A stretch of 64,000 bases of DNA from NCBI RefSeq assembly GCF_000027125.1, contig NC_017626.1. One strand, written 5' to 3'. The notes below the pieces were generated by a model that saw nothing but the letters and a program-made list of their open reading frames with translations, made no database searches and was not told the origin of the DNA. The translations under genes and the position numbers were made by a program. Shown here in pieces: positions 11,230-25,402 of the stretch. Source of the stretch: Escherichia coli 042. GTDB lineage: Bacteria; Pseudomonadota; Gammaproteobacteria; Enterobacterales; Enterobacteriaceae. Numbering within the stretch: position 1 is the stretch's first letter; each line of letters starts with the position of its first letter.

Positions 11230-11780
11230 GCGTGCTCCTCCGTTTTTCTTTTCGCGCTGTCGTCTTTACGATTGCTCAGCACTTCACCCGCTCGCTCTTC
11301 ACGACCAACGTGGAAGGCCACAACCAGACCCGCGAGCAGCAGCATAGAAGCCAGTTCCACCGCCAGTACGTAAGGCCCGAACAGCGTAATACCCACTGCT
11401 TTAGCACTGATTGGCGTACCGTCGATACCCTGATCGTTAACACCGAGGATGGCGTAAACAATCACCACCAGCATGATGGCCGACAAAATTGCCGGACCAA
11501 TCCACACCTGCGGTTTCAGCCACTGGCGTTCCTGTTCAATTTCTGAACCGCCCAGGTTGAGCATCATCACCACGAACACGAACAGCACCATAATGGCACC
11601 CGCGTAGACGATAATTTCCAGCGCACCGGCGAAGTAAGCGCCCAGTGAGAAGAACACCCCAGAGATCGCCAGCAGCGAAATAATCAGGTACAGCAGTGCG
11701 TGTACCGGATTGGTATGGGTGATCACTCGCAAGGTCGCAAGTATGGCTATCAGGCCACAGATATAAAAAGCGAACTCCAT
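11226..11780 (-). CDS. nuoJ: NADH:quinone oxidoreductase subunit J
   Basis: 184-aa membrane protein; operon context. Confidence 0.95.
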
Positions 11781-11791
11781 TGCCCCTCTCC

Positions 11792-12334
11792 TTACGGTAA
11801 CAGGCTCTTGACGTCGATAGGCTTGGCTTCGTTCTCTGCTTCGCCCTTATCTTTGCCGTCGATTGCCATACCTGCCATCCGGTAGAAGTTATATTCCGGG
11901 TATTTGCCCGGACCGGAGATCAGCAGATCCTCTTTCTCGTAAACCAGATCCTGGCGCTTGTATTCCCCCATTTCGAAATCCGGGGTTAACTGAATCGCCG
12001 TGGTCGGACAGGCTTCTTCGCACAGACCACAGAAAATGCAGCGTGAGAAGTTGATGCGGAAAAATTCCGGATACCAGCGACCGTCTTTGGTTTCTGCTTT
12101 TTGCAGCGAGATACAGCCGACCGGGCAGGCTACCGCGCAGAGGTTACAGGCTACGCAACGCTCTTCGCCGTCCGGGTCGCGGGTCAGAACGATACGACCA
12201 CGATAACGGGGCGGCAGATAGACCGGCTCTTCCGGGTACATTCGCGTTTCGCGTTTGGCGAACGCGTGCAGGCCGATCATCCAGATACTACGAACCTGGG
12301 TGCCGAAACCTACTAACAATTCTTTTAAGGTCAT
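11792..12334 (-). CDS. nuoI: NADH:quinone oxidoreductase subunit I (2x[4Fe-4S] ferredoxin-like)
   Basis: Two CxxCxxCxxxCP motifs ([24 protein letters not shown]). Confidence 0.95.
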
Positions 12335-12348
12335 GGTCTTATTGCCCC

Positions 12349-13326
12349 TTATTGCGCCTGCCAGAGAATGACAGCCGCCGTTACCAGCAAGTTGATCAGC
12401 GTCAGCGGCAGGCAGATTTTCCAGCCGAAGGACATTACCTGGTCATAACGCGGACGCGGTAACGACGCACGAATCAAAATGAACATCATCATAAAGAACG
12501 CGGTTTTCAGCGCGAACCAGATGAATGGCGGTAACAACGGGCCTTGCCAGCCACCGAAGAACAGCGTCACCATCAGTGCAGAGATGGTCACAATCCCGAT
12601 GTACTCACCCACGAAGAACAGACCGAACTTCATGCCGGAATATTCAATGTGGTAACCATCCGCCAGTTCCTGCTCGGCTTCCGGCTGGTCAAACGGGTGA
12701 CGGTGACACACCGCCACGCCCGCGATGGCAAAGGTAATAAAACCAAAGAATTGCGGGATGACGTTCCACACATGCGCCTGGCTGTTGACGATGTCGGTCA
12801 TGTTGAATGAACCGGCCTGCGCCACCACGCCCATCAGGGAAAGCCCGAGGAACACTTCGTAGCTCAGGGTCTGCGCAGAAGCACGCATCGCACCCAGCAA
12901 CGAGTATTTGTTGTTACTTGACCAGCCCGCAAACAGCACCGCGTAGACCGCCAGACCGGCCATCATCAGGAAGAACAAAATCCCGATGTTCAGGTCGGCA
13001 ACCACCCAACCCGGACTGACTGGCACAATCGCAAAGGCCAGCAGCAGCGAGGTAAAGGCAATCATCGGTGCCAGGGTAAAGATGACGCGATCTGAGAATT
13101 TCGGGATCCAGTCTTCTTTAAAGAACATCTTGATCATGTCCGCGACCAGCTGGAGCGAACCGCCCCAGCCAACACGGTTAGGTCCGTAACGGTTCTGGAA
13201 CAGACCCAGCAGGCGACGTTCGCCAAAGCTCATGAATGCCCCACAGGTGACAACCACCAGCAGGATCACCACCGCTTTGAGGATGGTCAGCAGGATCTCA
13301 ATCAGTTCCGGTGATATCCAACTCAT
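12349..13326 (-). CDS. nuoH: NADH:quinone oxidoreductase subunit H
   Basis: 325-aa membrane subunit; start overlaps nuoG stop. Confidence 0.95.
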
Positions 13327-16049
13327 TGTTGTGCCTCCTTGAGATCCTCAAGATGCGCGCCAGCCAGCACCGGAGCAATGCCGGACATACCCATCGGCAA
13401 GCCAACCTGCCCTGCCGTCAGTCCTTCGGCGATTTCAACCGGCAGCGTGACCGTGTTGCCATCGTAACTAAAGGAGACGCGTGTACCCGCGTTCACACCC
13501 AACTTCGCGGCATCCGCTGGGTTGAGTTTGATGTACGGCTGCGGCATACGGCTCTGGAAGACCGGAGCACGCTGTGACAATTCATCGCTGCCAAACAGGT
13601 GGTAGTACGGCGCGATACGCCATTTCCCGTCCTGCGGCTGGAAGCGTGCCGGTACGCTGGTGAAGTAATCCAGACCATTTTCGCTGGTTTCAAACAGACG
13701 CACGCCCGGATCGCCAAAGCGCAGTTTACCGCCCACTTCGTCCTGGAATTTGTTCCACGCCTGCGGGGAGTTCCAGCCCGGTGCCCAGGCAAACGGCACT
13801 TGCGAACGGTGCGCGGTCGGCTGGTTGTTACCTTCCATCGAGAAGGTGAACATGGTGTCAATATCCTGCGGCTGACGCGGCTCATGAACGCTGATGTTGG
13901 CGCGCATGGCGGTACGACCGCTGTAACGGTGCGGTTCACGGGCCAGTTTCTGCCCGCGAATGCGGAATGTCGCATCCGGCGCGGCATCTTTGATACCCGC
14001 CAGCTCCGGGATTTTCGCCACAACGGCGTCAATCACATGGTCGAGCTGCGTCCAGTCAACTTCACGGCTCAGCAGAGTGCTGTGCAGCGAGTGTAACCAG
14101 CGCCAGCTTTCCAGCATGACAGTTTTGCTGTCGTAATAAGCCGGATCGTAAACCTGGAAGAAACGTTGGGCACGGCCTTCGTTGTTAATCACCGTACCGT
14201 CGCTTTCAGCAAAGCTGGCAGCAGAAAGTACCAGATGGGCGTTTTCCATAATCGCTGTGCGTTGATGGTCAACCACCATCACCAGCGGCGCTTTAGCCAG
14301 CGCAGCATTCACGCGGGTAGCGGAAGCGTGACGATGCAGATCGTTTTCCAGCACCACCACCGCGTCGGCGCGTCCGGTTTCCAGTTCAGTTAACGCTTCT
14401 TCAAGCGAACCGCCACCCATAATGCCCAGCCCCATGCTGTTTACAGAGCGGGCAATCATGGTGATACCGACGTCAGCGCCGCGACCTTTCAGGGCTTTTG
14501 CGACGTTAGCCGCCGCCTGAATAACTTCGGTGCTGCCGGCGTTCGTCCCGGAGATAATCAACGGTTTCTTCGCCCCCGCCAGAGCCTGCACGATGACGTC
14601 GATTTTGCTTTGCAGCTCAGGTTCGATACCGTCAACCGCTGGCGCGGAGTTATCCAGCGCATGGGCGATGGCAAAACCTAAACGCGCCTGATCTTCAACC
14701 GGTGCGCGGTAAGTCCACGCCGCGATATCATCCAGACGGGTGTCATCAACGTTGGTAACAAACAGCGGATGCTTCGCACGTTGACCGATGTTGAGGATTG
14801 CCGCAATCTGCCAGTCAGCCACTTTCTGTGCTGCCGCCATTTCGCGTGCTTTACCTTTCACCGCCTGACGAACTGCCAGCGCGACGCGCGCGCCGGTCTG
14901 GGTAACGTCTTCGCCCAGCACCAGTACCGCATCGTAAGATTCGATTTCGCGCAGTGCCGGCGTATAAATGCCGCCTTCACGCAGTACTTTCAGCGCCAGT
15001 TGCAGACGTTCCTGCTCACCGTGAGCGATACCGGTATAGAAGTTTTCTTCGCCCACCAGCTCACGCAGCGCAAAGTTGCTTTCCACGCTGGCACGCGGAG
15101 AACCAATGCCGATCACTTTCTTCGACTGACGCAGAATATCTGCTGCGCCCTGCATTGCCTGTTCGGCGTTGAGGGTAATGAAATCATCGCCACGACGCTG
15201 TACTGGCTGACGCGGACGATCTTTCAGGTTGACGTAACCGTAACCGAAACGACCACGGTCGCAGAGGAAGTAGTGGTTTACCGTACCGTTGTAACGGTTT
15301 TCGATACGACGCAGTTCGCCGTAACGCTCGCCGGGGCTGATGTTACAGCCGATGGAACATTGCTGGCAGATGCTCGGCGCAAACTGCATATCCCATTTAC
15401 GGTTGTAACGCTCGGAGTGCGTTTTGTCGGTGAATACGCCAGTCGGGCAAATCTCTACCAGGTTACCGGAAAATTCGCTTTCCAGCGTGCCGTCTTCCGG
15501 GCGACCGAAGTAGACGTTGTCGTGCGCACCGTAAACGCCCAGGTCCGTGCCGTCAGCGTAATCTTTGTAGTAACGCACGCAGCGGTAGCAGGCGATGCAG
15601 CGGTTCATTTCGTGAGAGATGAACGGCCCCAGGTCCTGATTGCGGTGGGTACGTTTGGTGAAACGGTAACGACGGAAGCTGTGTCCGGTCATCACAGTCA
15701 TATCCTGAAGATGGCAGTTACCGCCCTCTTCACATACCGGACAGTCGTGCGGGTGGTTGGTCATTAACCACTCGACCACACTTTCACGGAACTGTTTCGC
15801 TTCTTCGTCGTCAATGGAAATAAAGGTGCCATCGGAAGCCGGTGTCATACAGGACATCACCAGGCGACCACGCGTGTCTTCCGCGTTTTGGTATTGCTTC
15901 ACCGCACACTGGCGGCAAGCACCGACGCTTCCCAGCGCCGGATGCCAGCAAAAGTAAGGAATATCAAGGCCCAGAGACAGACAAGCTTCCAGCAGGTTGT
16001 CCGCTCCGTTGACCTCGTATTCTTTGCCGTCTACATGAATTGTAGCCAT
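13323..16049 (-). CDS. nuoG: NADH:quinone oxidoreductase subunit G (Fe-S, molybdopterin-oxidoreductase-like)
   Basis: ORF 13323..16055; likely start at third codon ([13 protein letters not shown]...), giving 908 aa; N-terminal Cys clusters. Confidence 0.95.
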
Positions 16050-16101
16050 TAGCATGCTTCCAGTTTTCTCAGTCAGAGACTGAGCGTTAATCGAAATTCG
16101 G

Positions 16102-17439
16102 TTACCAGCGCTCTTTCAGCAGGTTCGGCTGAATCCCATTAATCAAATGGGTATTGCTGAACGGCTGTTTGATTCCCGCCTCAAATTCTTCGCGGAAATA
16201 TTTGATGGCGCTCTGTAACGGCTCCACTGCACCAGGTGCGTGGGCACAGAAAGTTTTACCCGGGCCTAAGAATCGACACAGTTGCTCAAGTGTTTCGATA
16301 TCGCCCGGCTGACCTTCGCCACGCTCCAGCGCACGCAGAATTTTCACGCTCCACGGCAGACCGTCGCGGCACGGCGTACACCAGCCGCAGGACTCACGGG
16401 CGAAAAACTCTTCCAGGTTACGCACCAGCGACACCATGTTGATCTCATGGTCAACCGCCATCGCCAGCGCCGTACCCAGACGGCTTCCCGCTTTACCGAT
16501 ACTTTCGAATTCCATCGGCAGGTCAAGGTGTGCTTCGGTCAGGAAGTCAGTCCCCGCGCCGCCTGGCTGCCAGGCTTTGAATTTCAGACCGTCACGCATA
16601 CCACCGGCGTAATCTTCAAGGATTTCACGCGCAGTAGTACCGAACGGAAGTTCCCACAGGCCCGGATTTTTCACCCGACCGGAGAATCCCATCAGCTTGG
16701 TGCCAGCATCTTTACTTTTCGAGATGTTCTGATACCACTCCACACCGTTAGCAAGGATCGCCGGAACGTTACACAGGGTTTCGACGTTATTGACACAGGT
16801 CGGTTTGCCCCATGCACCGGAGGTTGCCGGGAATGGTGGCTTCGAGCGTGGGTTAGCGCGACGCCCTTCCAGGGAGTTGATTAACGCTGTTTCTTCACCG
16901 CAGATGTAGCGCCCTGCCCCGGTATGGACGAACAGTTCGAAATCGAAACCTGTTCCCATAATGTTTTTGCCGAGCAGGCCTGCTTCGGTGGCTTCGGCAA
17001 TGGCACGGCGCAAATTCACTGCCGCTTCGATATATTCGCCGCGCAGGAAGATGTAACCACGGTAAGCTTTCAGCGCAAATGCGGAGATGAGCATGCCTTC
17101 CACCAGCAGGTGCGGCAGTTGTTCCATCAGCAGGCGGTCTTTATAGGTGCCCGGCTCCATTTCATCGGCGTTACACAGCAGGTAACGGATGTTCATGGAT
17201 TCGTCTTTCGGCATCAGGCTCCATTTCAGGCCGGTAGAAAAGCCTGCACCGCCGCGCCCTTTCAGACCGGAGTCTTTTACCTGATTAACGATTTCGTCCG
17301 GAGACAGCCCGGTCAGCGCCTTACGCGCCCCTTCGTAGCCGTTTTTGCTGCGATATTCGTCCAGCCACACTGGCTGTTTGTCATCGCGCAGACGCCAGGT
17401 CAGCGGATGCGTTTCGGGAGTACGGATAATGTTTTTCAT
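16102..17439 (-). CDS. nuoF: NADH:quinone oxidoreductase subunit F (NADH/FMN binding, 4Fe-4S)
   Basis: 445-aa ORF with glycine-rich GRGGAGF motif and C-terminal Cys cluster. Confidence 0.95.
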   Translation of the reverse strand: MKNIIRTPETHPLTWRLRDDKQPVWLDEYRSKNGYEGARKALTGLSPDEIVNQVKDSGLKGRGGAGFSTGLKWSLMPKDESMNIRYLLCNADEMEPGTYKDRLLMEQLPHLLVEGMLISAFALKAYRGYIFLRGEYIEAAVNLRRAIAEATEAGLLGKNIMGTGFDFELFVHTGAGRYICGEETALINSLEGRRANPRSKPPFPATSGAWGKPTCVNNVETLCNVPAILANGVEWYQNISKSKDAGTKLMGFSGRVKNPGLWELPFGTTAREILEDYAGGMRDGLKFKAWQPGGAGTDFLTEAHLDLPMEFESIGKAGSRLGTALAMAVDHEINMVSLVRNLEEFFARESCGWCTPCRDGLPWSVKILRALERGEGQPGDIETLEQLCRFLGPGKTFCAHAPGAVEPLQSAIKYFREEFEAGIKQPFSNTHLINGIQPNLLKERW

Positions 17440-17936
17440 TTATACCGCTCCAGCAGTTCAGGGATCGCTTCCGGGGTCAGATGTGCGTGAGTATCCTCAT
17501 CGATCATCATGTTTGGCCCTTTGTCGCAGTTCCCCAGGCAGCAAGTTGGCAGCAGCGTAAAGCGGCCATCAAATGTCGTTTGCCCTGGTTTGATGTTCAG
17601 CTTTTTCTCCAGCGCCGCCTGAATACCCTGGTAACCGTTGATGTGACAGACCACGCTGTCGCAATAACGGATCACATGGCGACCAACCGGCTGGCGGAAG
17701 ATCTGGCTGTAGAACGTTGCCACGCCTTCGACGTCGCTCGCCGGAATACCCAGCACATCGGCGATCGCGTGGATCGCGCCATCCGGCACCCAGCCACGCT
17801 GCTTCTGAACGATTTTCAGCGCTTCAATGGACGCCGCACGCGGGTCTTCGTAGTGGTGCATCTCGTGCTCAATCGCTTCACGCTCTGCCGCACTCAGCTC
17901 AAAAGCCTCGGTTTGTGGTTGTTGATTCTCGTGCAT
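17436..17936 (-). CDS. nuoE: NADH:quinone oxidoreductase subunit E (2Fe-2S)
   Basis: 166-aa ORF; thioredoxin-like 2Fe-2S Cys pattern. Confidence 0.95.
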
Positions 17937-17938
17937 AA

Positions 17939-19741
17939 TTAGCGGTCCACATCTGACATAACAAAATCGATACTGCCCAGATAAACAATCAGGTCAGACA
18001 CCAGGCTGCCGCGGATCGCCGCCGGAATTTGCTGCAAATGCGCATAACTCGGCGTACGGATACGGGTGCGATAACTCATGGTGCTACCGTCGCTGGTCAG
18101 GTAGTAACTGTTGATCCCCTTGGTCGCCTCAATCATCTGGAAAGATTCATTGGCTGGCATCACCGGACCCCACGACACTTGCAGGAAGTGGGTGATCAGG
18201 GTTTCGATATGTTGCAACGTGCGCTCTTTCGGCGGCGGCGTGGTCAGCGGGTGATCCGCTTTGAACGGGCCTTCCGGCATGTTGTTGAGGCACTGCTCAA
18301 GAATGCGCAGACTCTGGCGCAGCTCTTCCACTTTCAGCATTACGCGGGTGTAGCAGTCAGAAACACCACCACCCACCGGGATTTCAAAGTCGAAGTTTTC
18401 ATAGCCAGAATACGGACGCGCCTTACGCACGTCGAAGTCGATCCCGGTGGCGCGCAGGCCCGCGCCAGTGGTGCCCCACTCCAGCGCCTCTTTCGCGCCA
18501 TAGGCGGCAACGCCCTGGGAACGACCTTTCAGAATAGTGTTTTGCAGCGCCGCTTTCTCGTAAGACGCCAGACGTTTCGGCATCCAGTCGAGGAACTCAC
18601 GCAGCAGGCGATCCCAGCCACGCGGCAGGTCGTGCGCTACGCCGCCAATACGGAACCACGCCGGGTGCATACGGAAACCAGTGATTGCTTCCACCAGATC
18701 GTAAATTTTCTGACGATCGGTAAAGGCGAAGAACACTGGCGTCATCGCGCCGACGTCCTGAATAAAGGTGGAGATATACAGCAGGTGGCTGTTGATGCGG
18801 AACAGTTCGGAGAGCATTACGCGAATGACGTTAACGCGATCCGGCACGGTGATCCCGGCCAGTTTCTCTACCGCCAGCACGTAAGGCATTTCGTTAACGC
18901 AGCCGCCGAGGTATTCGATACGGTCGGTGTACGGAATGTAGCTATGCCAGGACTGGCGCTCGCCCATTTTCTCCGCACCACGGTGGTGGTAGCCGATGTC
19001 TGGTACGCAGTCGACAATCTCTTCGCCATCGAGCTGCAAAACGATACGGAAAGCACCGTGCGCCGACGGGTGGTTCGGACCGAGGTTGAGGAACATGAAG
19101 TCCTCGTTTTCGGTGCCGCGCTTCATCCCCCACTCTTCGGGTTTGAAGGTCAGGGCTTCCATTTCCAGATCCTGTTTGGCTTTGGTCAGCTCAAACGGCG
19201 AGAATTCGGTAGCGCGCGCCGGGTAATCTTTACGCAGCGGGTGGCCTTTCCAGGTTTGCGGCATCATGATGCGGCGCAGGTTCGGGTGACCGTCGAAAGT
19301 AATGCCAAACAGATCCCAGGTTTCACGCTCATACCAGTTGGCGTTCGGGAACAGTTTGGTGAAGGTCGGTACGTGCAGGTCGTTTTCTGCCAGCGCCACC
19401 TTCAGCATGATGTCGCGGTTACGATCGATAGAAATCAGATGGTAGAAAACGGAAAAATCCGCGGCAGGTAACCCTTCGCGGTGTGTGCGCAGACGTTCGT
19501 CCATGCCGTGTAAGTCAAACAGCATGACGTAAGGTTTCGGCAGTTTCTTTAAGAAATCGGCCACTTCCAGTAATTGTTCACGCTTGATCCACACAACGGG
19601 AACCCCGGTGCGAGTCGCCTGAACAGTAAAGGCATCCGGCCCAAAACGGTTGCGCAGTTCGCCAATCACCGGATCATCAAGATGATCGCGGGTCTGCCAG
19701 GCGGGTTCTTGCGCGGTTAAGTCGGTCATATTGTTCACCAT
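17939..19741 (-). CDS. nuoC: NADH:quinone oxidoreductase fused subunit C/D
   Basis: 600-aa ORF as in the fused E. coli NuoCD; start could alternatively be the internal MTDL Met 4 codons downstream. Confidence 0.93.
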   Translation of the reverse strand: MVNNMTDLTAQEPAWQTRDHLDDPVIGELRNRFGPDAFTVQATRTGVPVVWIKREQLLEVADFLKKLPKPYVMLFDLHGMDERLRTHREGLPAADFSVFYHLISIDRNRDIMLKVALAENDLHVPTFTKLFPNANWYERETWDLFGITFDGHPNLRRIMMPQTWKGHPLRKDYPARATEFSPFELTKAKQDLEMEALTFKPEEWGMKRGTENEDFMFLNLGPNHPSAHGAFRIVLQLDGEEIVDCVPDIGYHHRGAEKMGERQSWHSYIPYTDRIEYLGGCVNEMPYVLAVEKLAGITVPDRVNVIRVMLSELFRINSHLLYISTFIQDVGAMTPVFFAFTDRQKIYDLVEAITGFRMHPAWFRIGGVAHDLPRGWDRLLREFLDWMPKRLASYEKAALQNTILKGRSQGVAAYGAKEALEWGTTGAGLRATGIDFDVRKARPYSGYENFDFEIPVGGGVSDCYTRVMLKVEELRQSLRILEQCLNNMPEGPFKADHPLTTPPPKERTLQHIETLITHFLQVSWGPVMPANESFQMIEATKGINSYYLTSDGSTMSYRTRIRTPSYAHLQQIPAAIRGSLVSDLIVYLGSIDFVMSDVDR

Positions 19742-19834
19742 TGCAAATGGTCCGTGGTGACTGTCGGCGCAGTAAGCTTCGCGAAATAGATTTAGGAATA
19801 AGCGAAGAAAAATCCCTTTGCCGACAGGCGCAAA

Positions 19835-20497
19835 TTAAATCTCGTCAGGTGTACGCAGGTTGGTTACGGCAATGCGTTCACCGCGCTTGCGTTCGCGCTC
19901 TGATTGCATATTGGCGCGATAAACGCCCTGATCGCCAACCACCCAGGAGAGCGGACGACGTTCTTTACCGATAGATTCCTGCAACAGCATCAGTGCCTGC
20001 ATGTACGCTTCAGGACGTGGCGGGCAGCCCGGGATATACACATCAACCGGGATGAATTTATCAACGCCCTGCACAACGGAATAAATATCGTACATACCGC
20101 CAGAGTTGGCACAGGCACCCATTGAGATAACCCATTTTGGTTCCAGCATCTGGTCATACAGACGCTGAATAACCGGTGCCATTTTGGTAAAGCAGGTTCC
20201 TGCCACCACCATCAGGTCAGCCTGACGCGGCGAAGCACGCAATACTTCTGCGCCAAAACGCGCCACGTCATGCACCGCGGTAAACGAAGTCACCATCTCA
20301 ACGTAACAGCAGGAAAGACCGAAGTTATACGGCCAAATTGAGTTTTTACGACCCCAGTTAACCATGTCATTGAGCTTGCCCATAAACACGTTTTTGTTAA
20401 CTTCTTGCTCCAGAGGGTCGGTTACGATCTCCTGCTTTTGCAGGGGGTAACGGTCGTTCTCACCGTTGGGATCTATGCGGGTGAGCGTATAATCCAT
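19835..20497 (-). CDS. nuoB: NADH:quinone oxidoreductase subunit B (N2 cluster)
   Basis: 220-aa ORF; conserved CC...GCPP motifs. Confidence 0.95.
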
Positions 20498-20512
20498 CTT
20501 AATGCCTCGCGG

Positions 20513-20956
20513 TTAGCGTTGACGATTAGCGATACTGTTCGTTTCCGGGTTCATACGCTCGCGGCGTGAACGCGCGGGCGTCCAGTCCAGCGCGCCAATA
20601 CGCACCAGATAAACCAGACCTGCCAGTAACACAAAAATAAAAATTGCAGCTTCCACAAAGCCTACCCAGCCGCTTTCGCGGATAGAGGTTGACCATGCGA
20701 ACAGATACAGCGCTTCAACGTCGAAGATAACGAAGAACATGGCCACCAGATAAAACTTGGCGGACAGGCGTAAGCGGGCGGAGCCGACCGAGTCGATACC
20801 GGATTCAAACGGCACGTTTTTCGACCTCGCGCGTGCGCGACCGCCTAAAAACCAACCGCCTACCAGCATCAGGCAACACAGGCCAATGGCAACGATAAGA
20901 AAGATAGCGAATGCCCAGTGATGAGCGATGACTTCAGTGGATGTTGACATACTCAT
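20513..20956 (-). CDS. nuoA: NADH:quinone oxidoreductase subunit A
   Basis: 147-aa membrane ORF; first gene of the operon. Confidence 0.95.
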
Positions 20957-21585
20957 TGCTTACTCATCAAAAGTAGCGCCAGATTCACTGCTCTTCACGG
21001 CAGATGGACGCCACATCGATTCATGGGGAGGAATAAAAAAAACCTTACAATCACTGTAGAAACTCTTTTATACAGCTAATTGATGTGGTCTTTTACTCCT
21101 TTCTATAACCTTTTGTCAACTTTAACAAAAGTTTCTTCACATTAGTTTACATAATATCAACACTATTAGCATTTAATGCCCTTTCACCCCAGATCCTTGA
21201 CGACTCCAGGATAATTAGATGTTGTTGAATCGTGTCCGTTGTGAAGCAATGGAAAAAATACGGGTCTATTTTGACAGGAATTTGTGTCGATTCCTCCCCC
21301 CAAAAGAGAGTATTTTCTTGATCTGTGACACGCTTTTGTCATTCCATAACAAAAACGCAGCAACAAATTTACGTATTTTTTAACATCATTGTAGCAGGTG
21401 ATTTTTTTCAGGCGATTATTTGTGCGTTCGGGACGTGAATCTCTGGTGATTGAAAAATGAACAGTTTTGTGCGTTCTGCACGATACGAGGAAGGCTTTTT
21501 ACTAAAAAAAAGCCGCTGGGGTTTAAAACACCCCCAGCGGCTCGTTTTTACACTATTGTCTCAGAAATTATCTATGGTCCGTCGA
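20957..21585 (-). promoter_or_regulatory. nuo operon promoter / 5-prime leader region (intergenic nuoA-lrhA)
   Basis: 629-bp AT-rich non-coding interval upstream of nuoA. Multiple transcription-factor inputs are described for this region in E. coli, but I did not map individual sites. Confidence 0.5.
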
Positions 21586-22527
<942 letters not shown>

Positions 22528-23443
22528 TTATCACTTACTGGCGGCTCATACTGAGCTGGTTAATGCTGTGCACACACAAACAAGCAATTCCATTTGTAAT
22601 GTGCCTCCCTGGCAGTTTCATCCGGAACCCGGACGAAAGTAAAAATGCATATGAGTTGCACTAAAAAAGTGACTCACATTGTTCCGTTATAATGCCTGAA
22701 GTAGATCACAGAATATATCTTCAGGAATCGCATATCTATTAAGTTACTCACTCTTTTGTATTTATGACATGCGCGTGTTTGTATAAATGTAAATGTGAGT
22801 CCTTGTTCCACTCTCGTGCAGCATCGCTGGTCATACGCGAACACGTACAAACAGCAATGGTGAGGCGGCATCAAGAGCAGGGATCCGTCATTTATGCGAG
22901 CATTTTACCCCAAAAACCTTTTATTTATAAGGGTCATTGCGAATTATCTGATGCAAAGTTATGTTATGTTAGGCAAAGTAATCTTCTATTATTAATAAGC
23001 ACAACAAAACCTTTTTGAATATTAAATAATAATTAATTAGCATCATCCTCATTCATTAATCCCGCTTAACAATAGTTTCACACCTTGCACCCATTACGAC
23101 ACCTCGGAAATCATCACGCTGTTAAACTCTCCGTAATGCGGAAATATCATCATCACGATTCATTAGTGAATTCTTAAACGAGGCATTTTCAAACAATTAT
23201 CTTACAGATAAAAAAACCACACTCACAATTAAGAATCAGAACAATTCACTACATAACATTAATTATTAAGCATATACACCTCATTATTTTGCCATTATTA
23301 AGTTATTAACAGCACAATCAAGCCTTCCCCTCTGGCAAAATCTTATTCTGCAGACCTTCAAAACGCCGTCCTGGGGGAGTACATTGTTCTAAGCTGACTT
23401 CCACGGCAGGGAGTGGCGATAACAGCAAAAAAGGTCAAGATTC

Positions 23444-24661
23444 ATGTCCCCCATTGAAAAATCCAGCAAATTAGAGAATGTCTGTTACGACATCCGTGGT
23501 CCGGTGCTGAAAGAAGCAAAACGCCTGGAAGAAGAAGGTAACAAGGTACTGAAACTGAACATCGGCAATCCTGCCCCGTTCGGTTTTGACGCGCCAGATG
23601 AAATCCTCGTTGACGTGATTCGCAACCTGCCTACCGCTCAAGGGTATTGCGATTCCAAAGGGCTTTACTCCGCGCGTAAAGCCATCATGCAGCACTACCA
23701 GGCTCGTGGCATGCGTGATGTTACCGTGGAAGATATTTACATCGGCAATGGTGTATCGGAGCTTATCGTTCAGGCAATGCAGGCATTGCTGAACAGCGGG
23801 GACGAAATGTTGGTTCCTGCACCTGATTACCCACTATGGACCGCGGCGGTTTCGCTCTCCAGCGGTAAAGCGGTGCATTATCTTTGCGATGAATCCTCTG
23901 ACTGGTTCCCGGACCTTGATGATATTCGCGCTAAAATTACGCCTCGTACGCGTGGGATCGTTATTATCAACCCAAATAACCCAACCGGCGCGGTATATTC
24001 CAAAGAGCTTTTAATGGAGATAGTGGAGATTGCACGTCAGCATAATCTCATTATCTTCGCCGATGAAATTTATGACAAAATTCTCTACGACGACGCTGAG
24101 CATCACTCAATTGCGCCGCTGGCACCTGATCTGCTGACCATTACCTTTAACGGACTGTCGAAAACGTACCGCGTTGCTGGCTTCCGTCAGGGGTGGATGG
24201 TGTTGAACGGGCCGAAAAAACACGCCAAAGGTTACATCGAAGGTCTGGAAATGCTGGCTTCAATGCGCCTGTGTGCTAACGTTCCTGCGCAACACGCCAT
24301 TCAGACCGCACTAGGCGGTTATCAGAGCATCAGTGAATTTATTACTCCCGGCGGGCGTCTTTATGAGCAGCGTAACCGCGCGTGGGAATTGATCAACGAT
24401 ATTCCGGGCGTTTCCTGCGTGAAACCGCGCGGTGCGCTGTACATGTTCCCGAAAATCGACGCCAGGCGCTTTAACATTCACGACGATCAGAAAATGGTGC
24501 TGGATTTCCTGTTGCAGGAAAAAGTTCTGTTGGTGCAAGGGACGGCATTCAACTGGCCGTGGCCGGATCACTTCCGCATTGTCACTCTGCCGCGAGTCGA
24601 TGATATCGAGCTGTCTTTGAGTAAGTTCGCGCGTTTCCTTTCTGGTTATCATCAGCTGTAA
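23444..24661 (+). CDS. alaA: Glutamate-pyruvate aminotransferase AlaA (PLP-dependent, class I)
   Basis: 405-aa ORF; SD aaaaaggtcaag; PLP-lysine motif context (NGLSKTYRVAGFRQGW). Confidence 0.93.
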   Translation: MSPIEKSSKLENVCYDIRGPVLKEAKRLEEEGNKVLKLNIGNPAPFGFDAPDEILVDVIRNLPTAQGYCDSKGLYSARKAIMQHYQARGMRDVTVEDIYIGNGVSELIVQAMQALLNSGDEMLVPAPDYPLWTAAVSLSSGKAVHYLCDESSDWFPDLDDIRAKITPRTRGIVIINPNNPTGAVYSKELLMEIVEIARQHNLIIFADEIYDKILYDDAEHHSIAPLAPDLLTITFNGLSKTYRVAGFRQGWMVLNGPKKHAKGYIEGLEMLASMRLCANVPAQHAIQTALGGYQSISEFITPGGRLYEQRNRAWELINDIPGVSCVKPRGALYMFPKIDARRFNIHDDQKMVLDFLLQEKVLLVQGTAFNWPWPDHFRIVTLPRVDDIELSLSKFARFLSGYHQL

Positions 24662-24670
24662 TCTTAATTT

Positions 24671-24704
24671 CACTGCCGGAGATTGCATCCGGCAGTGTTA
24701 TCCC
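24671..24704 (+). terminator. Putative alaA terminator hairpin
   Basis: cactgccgga / tccggcagtg 10-bp stem with 7-nt loop followed by ttatccc (weak U-tract). Confidence 0.5.
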
Positions 24705-24744
24705 GCCACAATGACCTGATGATGTCATCATACGTAAGGTCACT

Positions 24745-25344
24745 ATGAAACAGAGCCATTTTTTTGCCCATCTCTCCCGCCTGAAACTCATTAACCGCTG
24801 GCCGCTAATGCGCAATGTGCGGACGGAAAATGTGTCCGAACACAGTTTGCAGGTAGCGATGGTCGCCCATGCGCTGGCAGCTATCAAAAATCGTAAATTT
24901 GGCGGTAATGTCAACGCCGAACGTATCGCTTTACTGGCGATGTACCACGATGCCTCAGAAGTGCTTACCGGCGATCTCCCTACCCCGGTGAAATACTTCA
25001 ATTCGCAAATCGCTCAGGAATACAAGGCTATAGAAAAAATCGCTCAGCAAAAACTGGTCGATATGGTTCCGGAAGAGCTGCAGGATATTTTTGCGCCGTT
25101 AATTGACGAGCATGCATATAGCGATGAAGAAAAATCGTTGGTGAAACAGGCAGATGCACTATGTGCATATCTGAAATGTCTGGAAGAACTCGCGGCGGGA
25201 AATAATGAATTCTTGCTGGCAAAAACGCGACTGGAAGCGACGCTTGAAGCGCGCCGCAGCCAGGAGATGGACTACTTCATGGAAGTCTTTGTTCCCAGCT
25301 TCCATCTTTCGCTCGATGAGATTAGCCAGGATTCACCGCTGTAA
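24745..25344 (+). CDS. yfbR: HD-domain 5-prime-deoxynucleotidase YfbR
   Basis: 199-aa ORF; HD motif ([12 protein letters not shown] ... [13 protein letters not shown]). Confidence 0.9.
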   Translation: MKQSHFFAHLSRLKLINRWPLMRNVRTENVSEHSLQVAMVAHALAAIKNRKFGGNVNAERIALLAMYHDASEVLTGDLPTPVKYFNSQIAQEYKAIEKIAQQKLVDMVPEELQDIFAPLIDEHAYSDEEKSLVKQADALCAYLKCLEELAAGNNEFLLAKTRLEATLEARRSQEMDYFMEVFVPSFHLSLDEISQDSPL

Positions 25345-25350
25345 GCAGCC

Positions 25351-25398
25351 GGAGTCTGCGTCGCATCAGGCAATAAGCGCCGGATGCGACATCAGGCT
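25351..25398. repeat. REP-like palindrome between convergent yfbR and yfbS
   Basis: gtcgcatc...gatgcgac inverted repeat with REP-type sequence (gcgtcgcatcaggc / cggatgcgacatcagg). Confidence 0.65.
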
Positions 25399-25402
25399 CT
25401 TG

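Noticed and set aside
6071-19471. Long plus-strand ORFs inside the nuo operon (6071..7060, 7370..8668, 9470..10915, 14769..15767, 18029..19471)
   Set aside because: All lie antisense to nuo genes; translations are dominated by Arg/His/Gln/Glu repeats typical of reverse-frame reading of GC-rich membrane-protein genes; no start signals or domains.
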